Below, piece after piece: positions 20,777 through 30,130 of a stretch of DNA of 64,000 bases. The DNA comes from an uncultured virus (IMG/VR IMGVR_UViG_3300020325_000015). Lineage: Duplodnaviria > Heunggongvirae > Uroviricota > Caudoviricetes. Location: IMG/VR virus record IMGVR_UViG_3300020325_000015; one strand, given 5' to 3'. Each line of letters opens with the position of its first letter. Positions within the stretch are counted from its first letter, which is position 1. Made by a program: the position numbers and the translations under genes. A model generated the notes under the pieces. It was not told the origin of the DNA. It saw only the letters and a program-made list of their open reading frames with translations, and ran no database searches.

Positions 20777-21301
20777 TTATGTTACTACAGAAGGTGTTAT
20801 ATATGCTATAGAACCATATGTTCCTCTAGTACCAGTACTAACACTTACTTTATAATATGAGTATGCTACAGCTGTATATGATGTAGGACCCATTACTGAA
20901 CAGTAAGCACTTAATGATCCCCCTGTATGATGATGTGTAACTAATAAGGTCCAATTTGTTCCGTCATTTGAGCCATACCATTTTAAATATCCTGTATAAT
21001 TATAATAACTTGCTTGATAACCTGAAGAAGTTAATCCATTAGTTGTTGTAGGGCCAAGCATTGTCATAATAACAGTATTATTAGCTTCAGCACTTCCATT
21101 AGCACCAAAATTATATTGACTTCCCCCGCTACTTGGACAAGAAACTTCAAATAATCTATTACTAGTTTTGTTATTATTTAAATATGGATCTTGATCAACT
21201 GGATTGATAGATGCGGAAGAATATGAAGCTACATTATTTTGAAATGGACTAACCGTTTGATAAGCGCCAGCCCCAGGCATAAGTCTTTTATTTAGTCCCA
21301 T
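20777..21301 (-). CDS. putative receptor-binding protein with a discoidin/F5-8-like beta-sandwich
   Basis: YGSNDGTNWT and YSYYKV motifs. Confidence 0.5.
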   Translation of the reverse strand: MGLNKRLMPGAGAYQTVSPFQNNVASYSSASINPVDQDPYLNNNKTSNRLFEVSCPSSGGSQYNFGANGSAEANNTVIMTMLGPTTTNGLTSSGYQASYYNYTGYLKWYGSNDGTNWTLLVTHHHTGGSLSAYCSVMGPTSYTAVAYSYYKVSVSTGTRGTYGSIAYITPSVVT

Positions 21302-21302
21302 T

Positions 21303-21767
21303 TTAATATACTATATTATAATCCATTATTGCAGATTTGGTAGTTAGTGCATTTATAGCAGATTCATGGTTATCACAAGCAGTTCTTATATTATCTCTTT
21401 GAGTTTCTATATCATCTGGTATTGCTGTACCCTTTTCTGCTTTTCTTATTACATACCAATCAGTATTATATAATTCTATTTTTGCTGCAATTTTAGCTTC
21501 ATTAATTTGTTTTGTTTTTAATTGAGCTACAGTTTCCGACCAAGTCTTATTATTTACGGGATAAGTAAAAACATTGTTTTCAGAATCAAAACTTATAGAA
21601 CCTAGCTCCTGTATTTTTGAATTATATTCAGGGGTTACAACGTTATAAAATCCATAACTTTGTAACTCTGCATCTGATAATAAATCAAAACCACCTATTA
21701 TATTACCATATGATTTAGGTAAATTAATGAATGTTTTTATTGAGCCATTATAATTTTTTGCTTTCAT
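21303..21767 (-). CDS. tail fibre assembly chaperone-like protein
   Basis: L..TDWYVIRKAE.G.AIP...R..IR motif. Confidence 0.6.
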   Translation of the reverse strand: MKAKNYNGSIKTFINLPKSYGNIIGGFDLLSDAELQSYGFYNVVTPEYNSKIQELGSISFDSENNVFTYPVNNKTWSETVAQLKTKQINEAKIAAKIELYNTDWYVIRKAEKGTAIPDDIETQRDNIRTACDNHESAINALTTKSAIMDYNIVY

Positions 21768-21786
21768 TTATTTTTTTAGTTTTATA

Positions 21787-22389
21787 CTATAAATATAGTT
21801 TCATTGTTGTATCACCAAACTCTCCTTTTGGAATAATATTAAATGCAATACTATATCTATCTTTATTCGTTTCATTAGGCATAACCTTATGATTTAAAAA
21901 GGAAGGAAACAAAATAATTGACTTTGGTTCCGGTAAAAAATTAATATACATAAAATTACTTTTATCTTTTCCGTTATAATTTATTATAGGTTGAAAGTAC
22001 CATTGGTTTAAATAAAAGTTTTCTAACATAAGCATGCTAGATTTTTCCATGTAATATGTACCACTAATATAGGAATTTTTATGAGAATGAAACTGTGAAA
22101 ACCCTGTAGGGTTTGTTTTAGTTGCCCAAGAATTTGAAAATTGTACATCTTCAAAAACGTGACTCATACTGTTTAAATATTTTTTAGTACAATCTAATAT
22201 TTGTTTTTTTAAATTTTTAAATAAATCGTGTTCTAATATACTTTGATTTGTAGTTGCACTTGAATTAAATCCTGCGTTGGTTGTATAAAATTCAGAGGTT
22301 TTACAAAAATTTAAAAATTCATTATTATCTGAATCTTCAATTTTTAAGTCGTCAATATAAATTTGAGTAGAGAAAATATTTTCTATCAT
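21787..22389 (-). CDS. 2OG-Fe(II) oxygenase (TIGR02466-like)
   Basis: HSH..SYISGTYY, FPSFLNHKV, RYSIAFN. Confidence 0.8.
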   Translation of the reverse strand: MIENIFSTQIYIDDLKIEDSDNNEFLNFCKTSEFYTTNAGFNSSATTNQSILEHDLFKNLKKQILDCTKKYLNSMSHVFEDVQFSNSWATKTNPTGFSQFHSHKNSYISGTYYMEKSSMLMLENFYLNQWYFQPIINYNGKDKSNFMYINFLPEPKSIILFPSFLNHKVMPNETNKDRYSIAFNIIPKGEFGDTTMKLYL

Positions 22390-22784
22390 GATAAAAATTC
22401 ATTCGGAGTATTTTGGGGAACAATAGGATCAACGCAATTTATCCATTGTTGATTTTCTTCGTCCCATTCACAAGTTTTATTAGGAGGATGAGCCACTGGT
22501 GCTTCATATCTACAAGTTGTTTCATTTAATATCCAACTAGGATATTCTTTTGTAGGAATAAAAGCATCCCTTGAAACGTCATAAACATCTCCAATACGAG
22601 CATAATTTTTTCTAAAAGAATGATTCCAGCTGGTTTGTTTCCAATTTGATTTTCCAAATAAATTATTTAAAAATTCAATTCCTTTAGATTCGTCTTCAAT
22701 TCCATTGTTGTCTAAAATAGAATTTTCAACTCTTACAACTCTTAATACTATATTATTTTCATTTAATTCTGCAAAATGTGCCAT
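22386..22784 (-). CDS. fibre-associated conserved protein (MAHFA...WKQTS.N..FRKNYA family)
   Basis: 132 aa directly after the Gly-rich fibre gene. Confidence 0.55.
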   Translation of the reverse strand: MAHFAELNENNIVLRVVRVENSILDNNGIEDESKGIEFLNNLFGKSNWKQTSWNHSFRKNYARIGDVYDVSRDAFIPTKEYPSWILNETTCRYEAPVAHPPNKTCEWDEENQQWINCVDPIVPQNTPNEFLS

Positions 22785-22786
22785 AA

Positions 22787-23683
22787 TTACGCTGTATAAC
22801 TACCTGATGATTTAAAAATTATTACTTTATCACTTCCTTCAGTAATTACCGTAGGACTACCTGATGTTGTACCAGAATAATTAGCAGTAGGAACTCTTAA
22901 TATAACAGCACCACTTGCGCCTTGACATTGTGGTCTGGAATAAGAGGGATCAGATGCCGCTCCAGCTCCACCTGAATTTACTAGCGAAGCTCTTGCAATA
23001 GCACCTCCGTGTAAAGATGCACCACCACCTAATCCAATAACTGGAGTATTATCAATTTGATCATAGCCGCCACCGCCGCCACCAAAATAAACATTACCTC
23101 CTGAAGCTTCTCCTACGCTTTGAGCTGAAGAATTACTACTTGATATTATTCCTGTAATCGTTCCATTACCGCCATTACCAAATCCATTACCATTACCAAC
23201 TTGGCCGGTGCCACCACCACCTCCGCCGTTATATGTACCTGCGCCTTGGCCTGGTCCTCCATTATACCCTTGTCCTGTTGTTCCTAAACCTATATTTGAA
23301 ACATGACTTCCGCCACCGCATCCACCATTTTGTCCATTACCAGATCCGGCACCTCCACCATAACCACCTCCTGTGCATGTTATAGTTGTAAAATTACCAC
23401 CCCCGGAAGATATAGAAGAATCACTTCCATTAGCGTTAGTACCGCCACCACCACCAACTGTAACAGTAATAACATCACCTGTAACACCTGTAACAGCAGC
23501 TTCTGCAGCAACACCACCACCTGAATTTGTAACAGAAGATCTAAATCCTCCAGCACCACCTCCGGCAGAGTTTGCACCATAACCACTAGTTCTTCCTCCG
23601 CCAGCACCGCCGGCTTGAACCATCCATTGTATTTCAAATCCAGTTGAAACAGGATACGGAACTAAAAATTTTCTTCTTAACAT
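22787..23683 (-). CDS. glycine-rich tail fibre tip/adhesin
   Basis: polyglycine runs, GGGAGG, G.SG.VILR motifs. Confidence 0.65.
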   Translation of the reverse strand: MLRRKFLVPYPVSTGFEIQWMVQAGGAGGGRTSGYGANSAGGGAGGFRSSVTNSGGGVAAEAAVTGVTGDVITVTVGGGGGTNANGSDSSISSGGGNFTTITCTGGGYGGGAGSGNGQNGGCGGGSHVSNIGLGTTGQGYNGGPGQGAGTYNGGGGGGTGQVGNGNGFGNGGNGTITGIISSSNSSAQSVGEASGGNVYFGGGGGGYDQIDNTPVIGLGGGASLHGGAIARASLVNSGGAGAASDPSYSRPQCQGASGAVILRVPTANYSGTTSGSPTVITEGSDKVIIFKSSGSYTA

Positions 23684-23685
23684 AA

Positions 23686-25467
23686 TTAAGGTGTATTATC
23701 ACTTGCATAAGTTGCCATACTATAAAAAAATACAGGATCTGTAGAAGAATCATCTGTACATTCTAATTGTAATATATTATGTGTACTATTATCATAATCA
23801 ACAGCTGCAACTTTGTTAAATGTATTAGAACTGCTTCCTTGTGCTGCGAGTGTAATTGATTGTGCTTTTAAAGGATATATAGTTATAATTTGACCTTTTT
23901 TATAATTACTTAAATTAATTGTATAAGCCCCTGTTAAATCACCACTTAATTTAAATACTGAACCCGTAGAGCAATCGAATGCAACAGTACCTGTTAAAGT
24001 TGATATAGCTACAGAATCTGTATATCTTGCAGAAAGCTTATCATGGCCTACTGCATTATTAGCCATTTTAGCAGTTGTAACAGCACTGTCATCTAATTTA
24101 GCGGTTGTAATTGCGTCATCTACTATTGAATTTGTAGTAACCGTATCACTTGCAGCTAGTAAATGAACAACATCTATTTTAGCACCATTTGAGGGAGCGG
24201 TATTAAATGTAACAGTTGTTCCACTAACTGAATAGGTACTTTTATTTTGATATACTCCATCAATATATATTTGTGTTTTATTTTTAGAAGTAATTGATGA
24301 ACTTACTGTAAAAGCGGTTGTAGAACCATTAGCTGTAAAATTATCAACCTCTATAACACCTGTTACAGATGTATAATGCATAAACTCTATACTAGCACCT
24401 GTTGGTGGAGCTGATGAAAAAGTTACCGTAACTCCTGATGTAGAATATGTATCTTTACTTTGATAAACACCATCTATATATATTTGAATATTATTTTCAT
24501 TTGATATAGTTGAAGTTGCATCAAAAGTTGTATCAGACCCATCACCAGTAAATATATTTTTTTCTACACTAACAGTACCAGCGCCCCCGGTTACGTTAAT
24601 TGTTTTAGTAGCACCAGTACCTGATGCTGTTACATTATCACCTGTAAAATTTAAAGTTGTAGCTAATGTAGATAAAGCACTTCCCTCTTCTTGTATTGTT
24701 ATACCCTGTGATCCACCTGATGCAGCTATAGTAACTTCTTGAGCGCTATTTCTTGTAAGTGTAACATTTGATCCAGCAGTTAATTGAACAGTAGAATTAT
24801 CATTTCCTGATGTTGATGTTAAATTTATATCTACATCATTACCATCTTGCGTAGCATTTAAATCATAAGTTTCATTTGCAGATGCTATAGTAACTTCTTG
24901 AGCACTATTTCTAGTTAAGCTTACATTACTTCCTGCAGTTAATTGTACAGTTGAATCTGTACCACTTGCAGCATCTAATTTTAAATCTACATTACTACCG
25001 TCTTGTGTAGCATTTATAGAATATGTATCACCTATTGTACCTGTACCAAATTTAACATAGCTACCCATAAGAGAGTGGCTACTGCACTGATAAAATAATA
25101 TAGGAGGTGTAGAAGTAGTTGGTATAATCTGTGTATATGAACCAGAATTTCCTGGAGCAGTTGTACTATGATTATTTGTTACGCCTGTTGTATATGCTGT
25201 TGTTTTAGCAGCATCTTCATAAAATAACAATGGATGCCCACTATTTGAACTATCAGATTGATCAAACTTATATGTATTACCGGGTGTAAATTCAAGATAT
25301 GCTCCTTCAATACCGTCTATAGTATAGCCATTACTACTACCGTTGCTATGCTCTGGGTGTGCAGCGGTTTTAGTTACAACTTTAACTTCTAAAGTCTGGG
25401 CTGTATCGCTATGACGTATAGCTCTATGTGCCGAAAGATCTATCGGTGATTGAAATTTAATACCCAT
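23686..25467 (-). CDS. tail fibre protein: N-terminal cupredoxin-like domain, duplicated repeats, C-terminal connector domain
   Basis: HPL...YQCSSHSLMG; two ATQDG..V..LTAGSNV.LTRNSAQEVTIA repeats; two QIYIDGVYQ repeats; VTTAK repeats. Confidence 0.7.
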   Translation of the reverse strand: MGIKFQSPIDLSAHRAIRHSDTAQTLEVKVVTKTAAHPEHSNGSSNGYTIDGIEGAYLEFTPGNTYKFDQSDSSNSGHPLLFYEDAAKTTAYTTGVTNNHSTTAPGNSGSYTQIIPTTSTPPILFYQCSSHSLMGSYVKFGTGTIGDTYSINATQDGSNVDLKLDAASGTDSTVQLTAGSNVSLTRNSAQEVTIASANETYDLNATQDGNDVDINLTSTSGNDNSTVQLTAGSNVTLTRNSAQEVTIAASGGSQGITIQEEGSALSTLATTLNFTGDNVTASGTGATKTINVTGGAGTVSVEKNIFTGDGSDTTFDATSTISNENNIQIYIDGVYQSKDTYSTSGVTVTFSSAPPTGASIEFMHYTSVTGVIEVDNFTANGSTTAFTVSSSITSKNKTQIYIDGVYQNKSTYSVSGTTVTFNTAPSNGAKIDVVHLLAASDTVTTNSIVDDAITTAKLDDSAVTTAKMANNAVGHDKLSARYTDSVAISTLTGTVAFDCSTGSVFKLSGDLTGAYTINLSNYKKGQIITIYPLKAQSITLAAQGSSSNTFNKVAAVDYDNSTHNILQLECTDDSSTDPVFFYSMATYASDNTP

Positions 25468-25470
25468 GTA

Positions 25471-26424
25471 TTATATCTTTTGTATAAGTACTCTTATATC
25501 ATTTGTTGATGGTGCAGCCCCAAATGTTATTGCAACATTATTTGCATCTGTTCTAACCACATCTGCAAATACAGTATCATAAGATGAATTGTCATATAGT
25601 TGTACAATTACATCTCTTGAACCAAGTGCGTGGTTTACTGTATATGATGTATTAGTTCCATCACCTATATTAGCAGAAAACTTTTTAAGTGATACAAAAC
25701 CACTAGATACAGAAAAGTTATTTGAATCGTAACCTGAAATACCTTTTACAGCAGCACCAGCTGTAGCAGCAGCAGTTGCTAAATCTACATTAGATTGTAC
25801 AATTGTAAACTTTGAAAGTGCAGGAGTTGAACTAGCTGATATTGCTTCTTCAACTATAATTACATCACCAACTCTAACTTGCTCACTTATAAATGTACCA
25901 TCTGCAGTTACAGTATATGTATCTCCTTTATCACTTGCAATATTAGAACCACCTGTTAATGCAGGTGAATTAGTTGAAGCGTTATATCCTCCTTTATATT
26001 CTAATAATCCTGTAGCAACACTATCAACATATGCTTTAGTTGCTGCATCCTGTGCACTTGTTGGATCTGTAACATTTTGTATTCTTGCATTGATTCCTAC
26101 AGTTACAAAATCATATATTTGATCACCTGTAGCTAATGCAGTACCTCCATTTGTTACAGCTCCAGTTACAACAGTTAATGCAGGTATTGGTCCTGTTCCA
26201 TTTGCTATAGTGAGTTGATCTGTTGTTGCACTTGTTATAGCAGTTAAATCACCACCAGCACTTACAAAAGCTGAACCATTATAAAACTTTATAACATTAT
26301 CTGTAGTATTATAATATATTTGTCCTGCAACAGGTGAAGACGGATCCGAAGATGCAGTCTGTATAACAGCATTCTGTAATTGATTTTTGTTTAAATCTAG
26401 ACTGTTTAAATATTTTATTGCCAT
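25471..26424 (-). CDS. tail fibre protein
   Basis: GQIYYNT, DPTSAQDAATKAYVD motif, C-terminal NHALG domain. Confidence 0.65.
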   Translation of the reverse strand: MAIKYLNSLDLNKNQLQNAVIQTASSDPSSPVAGQIYYNTTDNVIKFYNGSAFVSAGGDLTAITSATTDQLTIANGTGPIPALTVVTGAVTNGGTALATGDQIYDFVTVGINARIQNVTDPTSAQDAATKAYVDSVATGLLEYKGGYNASTNSPALTGGSNIASDKGDTYTVTADGTFISEQVRVGDVIIVEEAISASSTPALSKFTIVQSNVDLATAAATAGAAVKGISGYDSNNFSVSSGFVSLKKFSANIGDGTNTSYTVNHALGSRDVIVQLYDNSSYDTVFADVVRTDANNVAITFGAAPSTNDIRVLIQKI

Positions 26425-26430
26425 TTTTTT

Positions 26431-27141
26431 TTAGTTTAAATATGCTTTTCCTATTACTGTTTCTGAAAAGGAAATAATTATTTGGTTTGAATTGTTATAT
26501 GTTACAGCACCAACAACTATATTGTCTGAGCTATCAACTATTGTTACACTTGGAAATCTATCTAAATTATGATTTATAGTCCACGTATTACTTGCTGTAC
26601 CTTGAGTAAATGTAAATGTTGTTTCATTTGTAAAACCAGATGGTGCTATAGACGTAACGCCGCCAACAGGTGTACCAGCACTACCCCTATGTGTTAAAGA
26701 TAATAAATACGCTCCTGTTAAATTTGTTACCGTTCCAACTTCATATATTGCATAACTTGAAGCATCAGAACTATCTACATCTGAAATTCTAATTAATTGA
26801 TTTGGAAATAAATCAATTACAGGATTTATATCAACTGTATTTCTATTATATCTATTAATAGCTATACCGGTTATATTTGCCCATCCAAAAGCAGATGGTG
26901 CAGTTGGATCTACTTGGTATCTAAATTCACCAATACCTATAGTTTGATTAGTATATTTACCAGCATAATTATATTGCATACCAGCTCTAGCGGGATCAGC
27001 TCCGCCTGATTGTGCAAAGAATGTAGCAATAGTTTCAATTTGATATGCCTTAGTAGCATTGTTATTACCAACATCTGTTCCTACTAGTTTATCTCCACCA
27101 GTGATAGTGGTATCTAATGGAAGTTGTTGTATTCTTGACAT
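26431..27141 (-). CDS. tail fibre anchor protein
   Basis: N-terminus paralogous to 30130..32247; C-terminal WTINHNL..FPSV domain. Confidence 0.6.
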   Translation of the reverse strand: MSRIQQLPLDTTITGGDKLVGTDVGNNNATKAYQIETIATFFAQSGGADPARAGMQYNYAGKYTNQTIGIGEFRYQVDPTAPSAFGWANITGIAINRYNRNTVDINPVIDLFPNQLIRISDVDSSDASSYAIYEVGTVTNLTGAYLLSLTHRGSAGTPVGGVTSIAPSGFTNETTFTFTQGTASNTWTINHNLDRFPSVTIVDSSDNIVVGAVTYNNSNQIIISFSETVIGKAYLN

Positions 27142-27142
27142 A

Positions 27143-27931
27143 TTAAGGTGTTACTGAATTACTTGTTGTTGAGTTGTTTGTAAAATTAACACATCCATTT
27201 GTTTGATTCATTAACTGTATAACAAACTGCATATATGGTTGATTATTTGTTAATGTAAATGTATCAGTACCAGAACCGCTAGCTGCTGTATTATATACAT
27301 ATGTACTACTGCTACTAGCAAAAGACCCTGTACCTAATGCAGGTGCAACTCTTATTCCTCCTACTATACCAGGGCTTGTATATGAGCCCCAAGAATAACT
27401 AACATTAAATGTAGATCCGTTTACATAATATAAAGTTCCATTTATAGTATTAGTTACAGCAGTACCTTCCGTGCATGAAATTGATAACGTACCACTAGTA
27501 TTATTTGTTACACCCGGTCCTGCTGTTTGTGTAATTGATACAGTAAAAGTACTACCACCTCCTTGTAATACTGTACTACCAAGAGGAGTAAGTGTTACAG
27601 TTGGAGTTCTTTGAGCAGCAGCACAATTTGATTGCGCGGCTATAACAGCATTATGATCGGTTGGGGAAGTTGATAATGTATAATTACCATTTATAGAAGT
27701 ATTAACTCCATTTGTACCAGCTAATGAATATGTTGATCCTATTTCACCGGTTACTCTTGCAATTCTAGTAGATCCTGCATCATATGCTAAATTAGATGTA
27801 TCTGTAAATACAAATGTTTGAATTGTTGCACTATTGGGAAAAACTTGTTCATGCCCTAAATACGCAGCAGTAGCATCTACATGACCCACTTTTATTCCAG
27901 ATATTGCTTCGTGACCTAAATTAGTTGGCAT
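27143..27931 (-). CDS. Thr/Ser-rich fibre tip protein
   Basis: N-terminal IKVG...AYLG..QVFP motif; Ig-like segments. Confidence 0.5.
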   Translation of the reverse strand: MPTNLGHEAISGIKVGHVDATAAYLGHEQVFPNSATIQTFVFTDTSNLAYDAGSTRIARVTGEIGSTYSLAGTNGVNTSINGNYTLSTSPTDHNAVIAAQSNCAAAQRTPTVTLTPLGSTVLQGGGSTFTVSITQTAGPGVTNNTSGTLSISCTEGTAVTNTINGTLYYVNGSTFNVSYSWGSYTSPGIVGGIRVAPALGTGSFASSSSTYVYNTAASGSGTDTFTLTNNQPYMQFVIQLMNQTNGCVNFTNNSTTSNSVTP

Positions 27932-27932
27932 A

Positions 27933-28322
27933 TTAAGTTGCTATTATATATATTGTTTTAGGATCATAAAGATCTATTTGATAACCTGTAGCAGCTCCTG
28001 ATGTATAAGCAGGAGTAAATGCTACAACAACGCTTGTTGCGTCAGGTATACTGTTTACTGTTCCTGCTGTTCTTGTTGTATTACCAGAACCGCTACCTGT
28101 TACATATACAGTTTGGCCAACACTAAATATAGAAGAAGAAGTTACTGTAAAATCTACAGTTGCAGCACTTGATGGATTACTAGCTGTTGTTGCACTAGTT
28201 TGTTTAAGTGCATCATATTGTGCTTGTGTTCCTCTCCAAAAATCTAGTAGGTTATTTTTTTTGTTTCCGGTCGCACCTGATTCAAATGGTTGACCACCTA
28301 TTATTTCTGTTAAATTTGCCAT
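27933..28322 (-). CDS. short fibre connector protein
   Basis: WRGTQAQYDAL...DPKTIYII motif; paralogue of 29392..29811. Confidence 0.55.
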   Translation of the reverse strand: MANLTEIIGGQPFESGATGNKKNNLLDFWRGTQAQYDALKQTSATTASNPSSAATVDFTVTSSSIFSVGQTVYVTGSGSGNTTRTAGTVNSIPDATSVVVAFTPAYTSGAATGYQIDLYDPKTIYIIAT

Positions 28323-28327
28323 TATTT

Positions 28328-29392
28328 TTAGTTAAATTGTATATTACCCGAACCTGCAGTAAAAGAAGTAACATTATCATTATCAACTTGTGTTGTTGTA
28401 AATGTTAAATTGCCGGATGTTGCAGATAACGTATATCCTTGTGGATAACGTACTATTACAATTCCAGATCCGCCTGCTCCACCTTCAGCCGCAGCTTGCC
28501 CATTGTGTCCTTCTCCAGCACCACCGCCACCGCCGCCGGTGTTTGCTACTCCGTCGCCTGGATTACTAGCATAAGTTCCGCCTTTTCCACCGCCACCAGT
28601 AGTTGAGCTAGAAAGAAAATAACCACCACCGGTTCCTCCACCGCCCCTTAAGACAGCAGTACCTGTTATCGTAGATGATTGAGGAGGGCCTTGGTATGAT
28701 TGACCATTATTATTTCTTGTAGCATCGCCTCCAGCACCACCTCCAGAACCGGCTGTACGATGATAATTAGAGTAGCCATTTCCATTTAAATTAATGTTTC
28801 CATCAGCACCATCTCCTCCTTGAGATCTTGTGCCTGTGCCTGTTGCTCCTGTGGTAGCAGCAGGATAGGTACCTCCATATATTGAGCCTGATCCATATGT
28901 ACTTCTAACACCACCACCACCTCCGGTTCCGCCTAAATTGTAAGGTGAGCCTCCGTCATATGCAGTAGTATATGTGCCTGTACCTCCATAAGCACCACCT
29001 CTAGCTACTAAACTTCCAAGTGTTGATGTACCTCCATTGGAGTTGAAATAATAATTAATATTTCCTGAACCACCACCGGAAGCACCACCCCCAACTACAA
29101 CTGGATAATCAGTACCAAGTACAAAATCTGTAATTGGATTTTCTGCGGGATGATTATCTCCAGAGGGTTCATTATTCCAACTAGACCTATAACCTCCAGC
29201 GCCGCCGCCGCCGCCGCAACCATAGGCAGTATTATTTATCTCTTCTGAATTACCCCCGCGACCACCGCCACCTATAATTAAAAAATCTACAATTAAAGGT
29301 CTTTGAAAAATTTCTGTAGTTAAATTACCAAAAGTACCTGCAGCAGTTAAATTACCGTATGTAATACTTGAAGTATTATTACCAAAACTCAT
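28328..29392 (-). CDS. glycine-rich tail fibre tip/adhesin, paralogue of 22787..23683
   Basis: GGGGGAGGYRSS, ANTGGGGGG, GGSGIVIVRYP. Confidence 0.65.
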   Translation of the reverse strand: MSFGNNTSSITYGNLTAAGTFGNLTTEIFQRPLIVDFLIIGGGGRGGNSEEINNTAYGCGGGGGAGGYRSSWNNEPSGDNHPAENPITDFVLGTDYPVVVGGGASGGGSGNINYYFNSNGGTSTLGSLVARGGAYGGTGTYTTAYDGGSPYNLGGTGGGGGVRSTYGSGSIYGGTYPAATTGATGTGTRSQGGDGADGNINLNGNGYSNYHRTAGSGGGAGGDATRNNNGQSYQGPPQSSTITGTAVLRGGGGTGGGYFLSSSTTGGGGKGGTYASNPGDGVANTGGGGGGAGEGHNGQAAAEGGAGGSGIVIVRYPQGYTLSATSGNLTFTTTQVDNDNVTSFTAGSGNIQFN

Positions 29393-29811
29393 TAATAAGT
29401 AATATAAAGTTTTCCAGGCACTCTTTTACCAACTGTATAATTTGCTGTGTCTGAAGATGTAAAAGCAGCACCCATTGTTATTGTAACAGTACCTGCACCT
29501 GCTGAGGATACGGTACCTACTTTTTCCACATTAGCTCTTGAATTATCAGATACATAAACAGTATCACCATTTGAAAAACTATTTGCTAATATATCTGCAC
29601 TAGTTATAGTAAGCGATGATGCAGATGATGGTGCACCTGATACACCCCCATTTGTAAATCTAAATGGTGCTGATGCACTTGTACTAGATATAAATGTTAT
29701 ATTTGTAGCAGAGTTTTCATCATCTACAGCATTACCAACGGCTGCAGTTGTTGCGTTTGATATTGGATTAGCAGCGCTAGATCCTGGATAAAATGTTTTA
29801 GCGTCTGGCAT
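29392..29811 (-). CDS. short fibre connector protein
   Basis: FS.G.TVYVS..., C-terminal PGKLYIT; similar to 27933..28322. Confidence 0.5.
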   Translation of the reverse strand: MPDAKTFYPGSSAANPISNATTAAVGNAVDDENSATNITFISSTSASAPFRFTNGGVSGAPSSASSLTITSADILANSFSNGDTVYVSDNSRANVEKVGTVSSAGAGTVTITMGAAFTSSDTANYTVGKRVPGKLYITY

Positions 29812-29815
29812 AATA

Positions 29816-30130
29816 TTAAGTTATTATCCAACCAAAAGTGCTATTTACATATATACATCTAATTGGTTGATTGTTAGTTATTGTTATTGATTGGCTAGAA
29901 CCTTCTATTGTTGTACTAGCAATAGTTATTGTAGCTGTACCTGTTCTTTTAAGTACAACTTCATGACCTGCTTGTAAACCACTTGTAGGTAAAGTTACTG
30001 TATATGTACCACTACCTGATAGAGCATTAATTGAATTAATACCTAATGTAGCAGTTCCTGTTATTACAGCACCGGATGCATTTGTAACACCTAAAAGTCC
30101 AGCACTTGGTAAATCTATTGTTAGTCCCAT
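29816..30130 (-). CDS. small fibre domain protein (start probably MGLTIDLP at 30130)
   Basis: TVTLP...G..V...GW pattern shared with the C-terminus of 30130..32247. Confidence 0.55.
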   Translation of the reverse strand: MGLTIDLPSAGLLGVTNASGAVITGTATLGINSINALSGSGTYTVTLPTSGLQAGHEVVLKRTGTATITIASTTIEGSSQSITITNNQPIRCIYVNSTFGWIIT

